Source of the DNA: Schizochytrium sp. TIO01
Taxonomy: Eukaryota > Protista > Bigyra: Labyrinthulomycetes
NCBI GenBank assembly: GCA_004764695.1
Contig: SMSO01000014.1
Span: 3,591,648-3,655,647, forward strand
Reading direction: 5' to 3'
DNA length: 64,000 nt
Part shown: in pieces, positions 1-9,044 of the stretch
Position numbering within the stretch: position 1 is the first letter of the stretch
How the letters are laid out: the number at the start of each line of letters is the position of its first letter
The notes under the pieces: model-generated
The model's database searches: none
What the model was told of the DNA's origin: nothing
What the model saw: only the letters and a program-made list of their open reading frames with translations
Made by a program: the position numbers and the translations under genes

Positions 1-343
1 CCAACCTGTAAATTTGATTCATTCGCATGTTGTTATTGTTAAACAGCAATCAGTGTATGTTCACGTCGTTAGTGTTTCTTCTCTATCAAAATATCGTGCA
101 CACGCTTGGGTAGAGCCATAGCACTTCCAGGCCATTGCTACGATCATCAAAGAGTTGTTTCCGCCATAAGTCAAACTCAACAGAGCTTTACTCACGAACC
201 AATACCCGCAAAGTAAACCTGAGAAGGTCGAAACTCCTCCTCTTTGACAACTAAATGCCACTACAAACAACGAAGATGTGGTCTTCCTCCAGGCGTCCGT
301 GCGGGCCCGTTACTCAGTGTAGCTGAGAGAAGCTAAAACTCAC
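1..343 (-). other. Probable spliced 5' portion of a transcript running off the left edge (candidate introns 343-261, 195-138, 103-6)
   Basis: The minus strand shows two GTGAGT donors (343, 195) and a weaker GTGTGC donor (103), each followed 58-98 nt later by a YAG acceptor (TTGTAG, TCGTAG, TTACAG). The reading frame and product cannot be fixed. Confidence 0.3.
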
Positions 344-1679
344 CTAAGCAGCTGGTAATGCTTCTACTTGTCGCTTTGAAGAGGCAAATCCTGCACGAGG
401 CTTTGACGCGCCGTGCGCAAGAGATATAGTAGCTGTCGGAGACTGATTGAACTTTGCACGCCTTGAAAACCCGCCAAAAAAAGACAATGCAAAACTTACT
501 ACTAAAGTATACCTTTTCAACCTTTAGTGGAACCACTCACGTACACACTGCATTTTTTTACCTCTCAATACACTACAAATAACTAGGAGGTAAAATTATT
601 ATTGTACACCGATAATATATTAGTGGCGTGTGAGGGGAGTTCATGTCAGTCTTATGTGAGGTAATATTATAAATTTATGATATATATCCATATTAGTAAA
701 TAATTAGTGTGTTGAGTGATACAGATGAAACCTTAGACAGAGGGAATACCATTTTGTCCGTTGGAGGTAGATAAAAGGTGAGAGAATGCGCGCGCTCATG
801 GGTAGGGGAGAATAACGTGCGCAAAGTGCACTGCAAATAAGATAAAGAAAAAAAGAAATCGGAATTCGAAAGTTTATACATGTGGTACAGGGGGGTTCAT
901 GTGCACTAAAGTGGCATGTCGATTAAGAATCAGATGAAAATGAAGTGACAAAAATAAAAAACCTCGGCATCAATGTCAATGGTGACTATAGTATCTATAG
1001 TATGGTCATTCCAGCTTGATTTAGAGGTGCTTAAAACGTATGTATCTTGATTAGTTAAAGTTTGATTCCTAATGAATTCCTGACTCCCACATAAGGGGCA
1101 GCGAATTCTTACAATAAAATATAGTGAAATGCGTAAATGTATGTGTGACCAGGCCGTGAGGGACCTATCAGTGTGAAATGCCAACAAACAAAAGCACCGG
1201 TTACATATATGGAAGATAAAAAAGCAATCGCGATCTCAAAACTAGTACCAAATTATAACCTTCCTTCCCACCAACTAGCAGAGCATTTAGTTTTGTGATT
1301 GTAAAGCAGCTGTATACTAATAGCCAAGTTAAGGCCCATCCTTGACTATTAGAAGGGCTTCAACTTAGCCAAATCAAGCAAAAGCCTTCGAGTAGAAACT
1401 AGTATTGCAGATATCCCCCGAGAGGCAAAGCTACACTTCTCTAGCTATGCAGTTGCGGCACCAAAAACAGACAGCACCAAATGCTTGTGCGAGTATATCT
1501 TGCTCGGAGCTTAGCAGCGCGTTGTTTGGTCTCTGAATAAGTATCACGTCTTTTGCAACCACTCCTTCATGAATATTATGAAGCAATACTTAATAGCTCA
1601 ATTAGACGGTACAACCATGCGTAGGTTTATTTATTTATACACTGGAATAATAAGTAATCTTGAAGAGGAACGTAATTGT

Positions 1680-2425
1680 CTAATCATCATCTTCGGCAAG
1701 TCTTTTGCGTTTGTTGGGGACTCGTTTTCGCCCTGTAGTAGTTCCAGATGAAGCACCCCCAGTTTTGCTACCCCGCTTAAAAGAAGGGCTTTGTGCGCGG
1801 TTGACGCCCATTTCTGTTGCAAGATCTTCTGGAGGAGAAGCGGACGAAAAAGAAAAGATACGTTCACTGGGCTTCAGCTTTCGCTCCTTCTTCGTCACGA
1901 GCGTCGCGCGAGGCTTGCTGTCAATATATCCTTCCCATCCGCGGACAACATTACCCGTGGTGCTCGTTTCCTCGAGATACCTGTTGCCACAAACATAGAA
2001 TAAGTACCGTTATTGCCCGTCCAAGTTGGATTGGAAATTTTCCCATTAAGATGCAGGATGCGCATTTATGATTTTCCAGGTTTCACCCAAGTTGCCAATT
2101 GCACCGCAAGGTTGAGCACATGAAAAAATCAGAATTCAATTGATGCCGAATCACAGCCCATTGAAAGTGCCCAATATTCACACAAAGTTGATGTTGATGT
2201 TAGTGACACGCACAGAAATTAAAAGTTCAAAAGTATGTCTTGAAAGAGACCGGCGACCATTGCCTCAGCCGTTCATGACGTTGGCACGCCCGCCTCATAC
2301 CAGGTCGAGCTAGAACTGCGACAACGAGGCAGAAAAACGCACCTGTTCTCAAGGTCGAAAAGCTGGCGCTGTACATCATCCAGCGCCGCGCTAACCTGCT
2401 GTCGCCTCGCTTGAATGGACTCCAT
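1680..2425 (-). CDS. EAF6: Chromatin modification-related protein EAF6/MEAF6 (NuA4 / MYST HAT subunit); exons 2425-2343 and 1980-1680, 127 aa
   Basis: Splicing the GT-AG intron 2342-1981 (362 nt, phase 2) gives MESIQARRQQVSAALDDVQRQLFDLENRYLEETSTTGNVVRGWEGYIDSKPRATLVTKKERKLKPSERIFSFSSAS. This matches the Eaf6 signature (QI..LE..YLE.T..GN.(I/V)RGW..Y ... ER(L/I)FS.SS). Confidence 0.92.
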
Positions 2426-3121
2426 GGCGCCCAAATGAAGAAAAGGTTTTGTTTGCCTAGGTTTTAATGTGTTTCAATAGTACTACTTATAGCTACGTAC
2501 TAACTACTACTAACTTCACTAGTAGTCCTTATCCTTTATATTAGACAACCTTTTTGAGCAGAGAGGAAGATTTTAATTAACGCCGAGAGGTTGCTTGGCA
2601 CAGTCATAATTCGAGAAGTCACAACATTTAGTATACAATGTCTTTGTTACGTGGAGATCTTGAGCTTAAGCTTTTAGACAGTGTAGATTTATAGTTGAGC
2701 TGATAGGAGTTAAAGTGCAACCAAAGCTCAGATTCTTTTCGAGGTCGCTGTTGAAGTAGTTCAAAAAAATTTACAATGAAATGCATAAAGATACAACACC
2801 AAAATTAATTAAAGTATAAAGGCAACTGATCTGCTGGTTTGAAACTGTGGAGCTTTGCGCTATGTGAACTCCAGAAAGCCTAACATAGGAGCGCTAGACG
2901 AGTGCACGAACTACTAGAAATATCCTGATATTTTAACTTCACTGTGGAAGAGATGGCACGAGACCTTCGGAGCGTAATAATATTGGGGTAAAAATAGACT
3001 AATTATACAAATTGAGTCATAACGATCAAAAACACAAGAACTAGCGCCTCTTAGAGAGCAACACAAAGCTCCAAGACATGCAAAAGAAACTTTTGGAATG
3101 CTAGTTTCCTTAAATTAAAGC

Positions 3122-3872
3122 TCAATCCCTTGCACATGCTTCCTCTGATTTGTATCCCTCAGGAAGCCAAATAATATCAGGTGGAATCTCCCGCAAGCTG
3201 GGCATATTATCAGGAGCACATTGGTGTGGGGCATCTTCAAAGCATGTTTGGCGAGAATGATCAAGAATGGCAAAGTCGGAAAAGTGAAGCTTTATCTTCG
3301 TATTATCGTAAACCAGTGCATGAAGGCTTCCATTTGTTTGACCTTCCAGCCATTGCAAAAATTGATCACCAACTATTGCCCCGCAGCGAGCCTCCCCCAC
3401 GACCCGCTCAGGATTCTGCAAATGTTGAGCCCACCCAAAACAAAACATTGCATCAGCCTTAGTCTGAAGTACAGCTGGGAGATCTGCGAGACCGTCCTTA
3501 TATAGAGGTCGGTTCCACTCCGTAATTTCGAATCGGAATCCTAGAAATCTGTTGCGCTTGACAATGTTTAGATTCTGAGCATTCATTGATCATTTCCTCC
3601 ACCATGATTGTTCAAGGCAGACCCACATGCACAATATGTTAGCTATATTCAGCTCGCACAAAAACTTGCCCCTCACTTAACCCAGCATTTCTTTGACTTA
3701 CATGCTCAGCAGCTCTCAGCGCATTCGCGCTGTGCACAAAACCTTGCGCCTCCAGTTTACCTGCCACATCCCACGAGCTGAGCTCAGCGTCTACAGTAAC
3801 CAGCGTCATCACCCAAAGCACTATAATCGGTGCTAGCCAGGATAGCCATGTTGGGCTACCATTCCGAGGCAT
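3122..3872 (-). CDS. Hypothetical secreted protein, 2 exons (3872-3702, 3574-3122), ~207 aa
   Basis: A GTAAGT donor at 3701, a GCTAAC branch-like site and a CAG acceptor at 3575 join the two ORF-track fragments in phase 0. The N-terminus MPRNGSPTWLSWLAPIIVLWVMTLVTVDA looks like a cleavable signal peptide. No family recognised. Confidence 0.65.
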
Positions 3873-4735
3873 CGTCGGTGTCTGTCTTCGCCAAGATTGC
3901 TCTGGGCACCCTGAGCGGCACTCTCAAAACTGCTTTGCTTCAAGTTCACTCGTTAGAGCCCAATAAATCGAATACCATGCAAAGCATATGAAGCAAAAGA
4001 AAGAAATCCATTTGATATCTGCGCAACTCATTTTTCCCAGTGACGGAGAAACCTCCTCCATCCTTTTTATACGTTCCTTTCACTCTCAATACTCAAAATA
4101 GACTGTGCGCTCCATGGGTTCATACCTTACCAAACTCGTGTATTACATGTAAAACTTCGAACAGCAGCGAGCGTCCGTTGGCAGTATCAATTATGATAGT
4201 ATTTCGGATAAATTAAATAATAAGAGACAAGAAATCGGAGAAACCAGTCTCCGCAACGGCGTCTCGCGCCAGAACCTCTTTGGATCAATCACCTCGCGGC
4301 TGAGCAAGAGCAACCCGCTTGCACCGCTGGCTTACTACCGTCGAACGTGTGCTCTCACGAAAGAGGATCACTGTGTCGACAGGGAGGATTGCTTGCAACC
4401 ATAGCCGATTGGCTTGCTCGCCACTGAGATCAGGCATCGCCTTGGTGATCTTTACTTTCGCTCACCTTTGTCTTTCCCGCGTCATAAAATCGTTTTCTAA
4501 ATACCATTCGTGAATTTGGAGAGATCCATCTGGCGTACTTTGGCCTCTTCACAACGTCATAGTGGTTTGGAATTTGCGTGTAAGACGCAGAGGTTAAAGT
4601 TTTTGTGCACAGCATTTGGATATCTGTAGCGACACGGATTGTTCTGGACGAAATTCTGGCAAACTGTGGAAGAGCCTGGCGACATCTGGGCCTCTTGGCG
4701 GACTTGCAGGAGCTGTTGCAGTAACTTTAGCAAAA

Positions 4736-7315
4736 ATGACCGGCCGTGAAGGAGAGGTAGTGGATGCTGTGGGTGTGCCGTATGAACTTTTGCAGTGGGC
4801 TGATTCAGAGGATGCCAACAGTGTTATTGAGAGACTGTACAGTCAGGCTTCAGTGAAATCCATCGAGGTGGTGAAACCCAGACCTGGCAAAGCTAGCTTT
4901 CAGATTACTGCCACAAGCAATGAAAGTTTGAGGTCTGCACGCCTTCTTCTTGAGGAAAACCTGAAGCACCAGGTCGAATACCAGCTTCGAAAGCAACAGA
5001 CGGAACGCATGGAGGAGGATCTTCGCGCTACAAATGCAGAGTTCGAATCTGGACAACGCGTTGAGTTTTCAATTCCAGAGAACCTCATTGGACTTGTCAT
5101 TGGCAAGGGAGGCGCGCGCGTGACCAAGGTAAAGGAGGAAACTGGCGTGGAACGCGTCTTTGTGGACACAAATTCTCGTGTTGTGAGGATCCGTGGCAGG
5201 GACCCTGAAGCGGTTAAAAAGGCCCGTGCTATGCTTGAATACGTGGAGGTAGCTATGCCCCTTACTCAAGGACAGGCTCGAATTGTGATTGGTGAACGTC
5301 GGCGTAATATTGCGGAGATCACACGCAAATCCGGTTGCGTCAATATTACGGTTGAAAAGGACCACTTTCTCCGCTTCGTGGGTACCAAAAGTTGTGTACG
5401 TCTGGCTCAGGATCTCGTCGAAACCCACCTTGATTATGAAGAAAAGATCACGCGCTTGCGAAAGGACGAGCTCCAGATTCAGAAGCAACTCTCTAAGATC
5501 GATGCAGATTTTCGTGACTATCCCGCGGCGATGAACCGTAACAAGCCCCAGCGCCGTGAAGCAGGTGCTCAGCCTACTCAAGAAGATTCTACGAGCACGG
5601 GTAGCACTTCCACAGCAGCCTCTGCAATGGCTGTTGAGCCTAAAACCAAAGCTGATTCCGCTACCAGTACTAACAACAACAACAATAACGATTACAACCA
5701 GCAGAAAAGTTCTTCAAGCTCCGCTGCTTCGAAAAATAGTAACAATAAGAACAAATCTCGTGGACAAATACAGCAAAGTGGAGAAGAAGATTCTGATAAA
5801 CCTGATATCAGGACCTCTACTGCATCCCAATCTACTGTCCGCCAAACAACTCAGATAAAGGACAATAGAACTGAGAAGGCACCGGTAGCTGGTACCCCCA
5901 ATGGAAAGGCTAATTCTGCAGATGATGGTAAAAGGAAGGCTGGCAACAACAAAAAGCCTACCCAGGGATTGCCGGAAGCATCTCTTGTTCCTCAGAGCAA
6001 AGGTTCTGAACAACAAACTTTGTCTGTAAATGCCGCAAGCAACAGCATCGTCAACAAAGAAAAGTCTGGCAAGTCGAAGGGGAAGAATAAAAGCAACAAC
6101 AAAGCAAGCAAGGATAAGGCTTCCCAGGAACCTCCCAAAGCAGTAAAGATTGATGAAGTAAATTCTGAGAAAAAGAAGACAGGTGAACTTGCGACTGTTG
6201 AGATCGCGACTACAGCAGAGAATGGCAAGAAAAAGGCCGCCACAAAGAAACAGAGTATCAAGGCGAAGCAGCAGGATACTCAGTCAAAGGAGCCTCGGCA
6301 AGAGGAGCAAGAGAAGCTACAGACTGGAGACACGAAACAATATGTGGCTCCTGGTAAGCAGAACAAGAAAAATAATAGCAGTAACAGCAGCAAATCTTCG
6401 AAACCAGAGGAAGCTTCTGAAGAGAAGTCCTCTACTCAAGTACCTGTGGATAATACCAAGTCAAAGCCTGCAGAAGAAGACAAAGCCGGTGTGCCTTTGT
6501 CCCGAAACCAGCTTCGTCGTCAACGTGCCAAGCAACAGAAAGAAAGGGAACAGCAACAGCAACAGCAGAAGGGGGGTGCTATGACAGCCACCGTACCCAA
6601 GAATGAATTTTCAAAGGTAACCAAGGAAGTGGAAGTTGCTCCTGCTACTAGTGCTCCGATTGCTCCTGCTACCGCATCTGGGTCCTCATCTGCCCCTACC
6701 AAGAAGAACAAATCAAAGGCTGCAAAGCAGAACAAAGCTGGGAAACAGCCACAATCCCAGCCAGACCCCGTCAAGGACTCAACTTCGGCTGCAGTAGTTG
6801 AAACATCCAGTTCTAAGAAGGAATCCAGTGAACCCGCTCCTTCGAAAGATAAGAAGTCTAGCAAAGGTGCCGATTCCGCGGAGGAGTTGGGCAAGTCCAA
6901 AAGTAAGCGTAACAAGAAGCAGCAGAATAAATCCTCTGCGGACTCAAACAAGGACAACTCTACAAAGGAGAAGACCTCAACAAGCCAAGAAACTGCAGGT
7001 GAGACTCATAGTACTACTGCAGCAGAGTCTGAAAAGCAGCAGGAGCGTGGACAACCTACTGGGTCTCAGCAGGCTTCGGGAAATAAGCCCAAGCGCTCGA
7101 ACAACAAGTCTGCCAAGGCTAAACAGAAGTCCAATGCGAACACAGATGTTGCCCCAGCTACAGAGAACATGAAGCCTAACCAACCTTCAGCAGCTGCAAC
7201 ACATGTTGTGGGCAATGTGAAGAAGCAAGCTCAGCGCAAAAGGAATACCAATTCAGCAATTAAGAAGGAGAATACGAATTTACCTGCGACGAGCAAGGGA
7301 GAGGAAAAAATCTAA
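4736..7315 (+). CDS. Fragile X protein family (FMR1/FXR-like) KH-domain RNA-binding protein with long low-complexity tail
   Basis: KH1 (EFSIPENLIGLVIGKGGARV...EAVKKARAMLEY), KH2 (EITRKSGCVNITVE...FVGTKSCVRLAQDLVETHLDY) and the following helix (ITRLRKDELQIQKQLSKI) are collinear with the FMRP KH0-KH1-KH2-NES region. First ATG is 4736; the ORF-track start at 4616 is TTG. Confidence 0.8.
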   Translation: MTGREGEVVDAVGVPYELLQWADSEDANSVIERLYSQASVKSIEVVKPRPGKASFQITATSNESLRSARLLLEENLKHQVEYQLRKQQTERMEEDLRATNAEFESGQRVEFSIPENLIGLVIGKGGARVTKVKEETGVERVFVDTNSRVVRIRGRDPEAVKKARAMLEYVEVAMPLTQGQARIVIGERRRNIAEITRKSGCVNITVEKDHFLRFVGTKSCVRLAQDLVETHLDYEEKITRLRKDELQIQKQLSKIDADFRDYPAAMNRNKPQRREAGAQPTQEDSTSTGSTSTAASAMAVEPKTKADSATSTNNNNNNDYNQQKSSSSSAASKNSNNKNKSRGQIQQSGEEDSDKPDIRTSTASQSTVRQTTQIKDNRTEKAPVAGTPNGKANSADDGKRKAGNNKKPTQGLPEASLVPQSKGSEQQTLSVNAASNSIVNKEKSGKSKGKNKSNNKASKDKASQEPPKAVKIDEVNSEKKKTGELATVEIATTAENGKKKAATKKQSIKAKQQDTQSKEPRQEEQEKLQTGDTKQYVAPGKQNKKNNSSNSSKSSKPEEASEEKSSTQVPVDNTKSKPAEEDKAGVPLSRNQLRRQRAKQQKEREQQQQQQKGGAMTATVPKNEFSKVTKEVEVAPATSAPIAPATASGSSSAPTKKNKSKAAKQNKAGKQPQSQPDPVKDSTSAAVVETSSSKKESSEPAPSKDKKSSKGADSAEELGKSKSKRNKKQQNKSSADSNKDNSTKEKTSTSQETAGETHSTTAAESEKQQERGQPTGSQQASGNKPKRSNNKSAKAKQKSNANTDVAPATENMKPNQPSAAATHVVGNVKKQAQRKRNTNSAIKKENTNLPATSKGEEKI

Positions 7316-7678
7316 TATTGATGCCAAAAATTAAACAGCATATCCCTGGGTCTCTGAACCTACCTATCGTTGAATGCCTTTATACGGCTCGTCTAAGAAT
7401 ATAATGATTATGTGTTTTATAATGACTCTGTAATAGGTAAAAAGAATGATATCCTGATCTATCTCTGATGCGCACATGAAACGCAAAGGGATATATAGAT
7501 TATATAAGGAAAGACAACCGCTTAGATGAAAAGGTCCCTCGCGAAAGCTAGTCAAAGTTTTAGATGAAGGCTCAAAACTTCAACAAGACAAGTGATAAGA
7601 GCAACCTCTATCGTAAGAGTGTTAATGCATTAGCCAAGTTGTGAAGAGTTCACCGAGGCTACAAAAGAAGCCTTGTCC

Positions 7679-8515
7679 TTATTCCGCAGACGAACTTTGT
7701 TGCGCCTTTGCAATAATCTCATCGGCGGCGTTAAATATACCCTTGGTGGGTTTGCTGCAGATTGCGCACTTTGTCGATTTTGCATTATGTGCAAAGGCAC
7801 ATTTGCGGCAAAAGTAATGCCCGCATAGCGTAACAACTGGTTTTGTGAAGGGTTGGCGACAGATATGGCAAGCGAATGGAATGTCTTCCTTCTTTGGCTT
7901 GTTATCAGGAGTATCTTCGCGATCAAGTGGGTCGCTACCGAGTTTGCCAGCACGGAATTTGTCAGTTTTGCGGCGTTCCTGTGCCTGCCAGTCGCGTTCA
8001 AGCTCCCACCCAGATTTATAATCGCCACGGTCATGAATAAACTTGCAGCTGTCACCGAAGCCACAATAACCTGTCTCTTTATAGTCCTTGCACACATCTG
8101 CTTGGTAATCTACCATCACAGTGGTTTTGATGCTACCACCACCTACAGTACGAGGCCCAAACCTACTCACAGGTTTCTTGGGTGCAGATTCCGCTGCACT
8201 TCCGCGTTCTTCTTCTTCAAGAATGAGAGTAGACATTGATTTTGGTTTTTTAAAGGTGGAGCTTGAGTTCTCCGAAAGCTTTGAGGCATCAGATGTTATT
8301 TGCGCAGGGGCTGCAGAGCAGTCTGAATCCATGCCTCTACGAGAAACCTTGGCAGTTGTGAGGGTGACAGCATCCTCGGAGTCACCTTTACCCTGTTCGG
8401 TGCTCCCTTCAACATTGATGTTTTTGTCGTTTGCGAGGTCGTTCCCAGCACCATCCGTTGCGGAGAAAGCTTCGCCCTCCCTTTCACGCTTGCGGCTGCG
8501 ACGTTTCTTGAACAT
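7679..8515 (-). CDS. CWC24: Pre-mRNA splicing factor CWC24 / RNF113A (CCCH zinc finger + RING)
   Basis: DYQADVCKDYKETGYCGFGDSCKFIHDRGDYKSGWELERDW CCCH block and IPFACHICRQPFTKPVVTLCGHYFC..C...C..C RING. Confidence 0.96.
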   Translation of the reverse strand: MFKKRRSRKREREGEAFSATDGAGNDLANDKNINVEGSTEQGKGDSEDAVTLTTAKVSRRGMDSDCSAAPAQITSDASKLSENSSSTFKKPKSMSTLILEEEERGSAAESAPKKPVSRFGPRTVGGGSIKTTVMVDYQADVCKDYKETGYCGFGDSCKFIHDRGDYKSGWELERDWQAQERRKTDKFRAGKLGSDPLDREDTPDNKPKKEDIPFACHICRQPFTKPVVTLCGHYFCRKCAFAHNAKSTKCAICSKPTKGIFNAADEIIAKAQQSSSAE

Positions 8516-9044
8516 GGATAGAGGAGTCGCACTACTTGAAGACCTTTCAATAAAGACTTCGTCCAGCCGACTCGCCGCAGCCAGATCTCAGACGTCAAGG
8601 TTCTAAACCTATTGTCGATTTCGGTCTTCAAGCTATTGTTTTTAATTTTAATTCTTTAATTCTTTTCCTTTTTTTAAATTAATTGAAGGCTTGATAAGCC
8701 TACCGTGGTACTATGGTTTTAAAATGTGTAATCCTAGACTTTTTTTAGATTGCTTCAAATCTTCTTTAGTCTACCTGAAATGAAGGCCAAATTTTCGATT
8801 TTGTTATTCGCTTATCCGAGAACTAAGTGTAAAAGCGTTGATTGGAGACAGATTGTTTAATTTACACCGACATCGTTCAAATTACTCATAAACTTTTTAA
8901 AATTAAATCCATATATATACATACATGTACGTACCTACATAATGATGAGCATTATAATATTTCTTCATTTTAAAAAAATGATTGACGAGAAAGCAGAACT
9001 TAAACGAGCCGCGGTTAGGTCACTAAGCCGTGCAGAACTTCGCC

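Noticed and set aside
930-1187. 85 aa minus-strand ORF with a CPLCGS motif
   Set aside because: Non-ATG start, only one CxxC and AT-rich intergenic context.
1981-2342. Possible box C/D snoRNA in the EAF6 intron (ATGAGG...CTGA)
   Set aside because: The C box deviates from RUGAUGA, and I could identify no terminal stem or rRNA-complementary guide.
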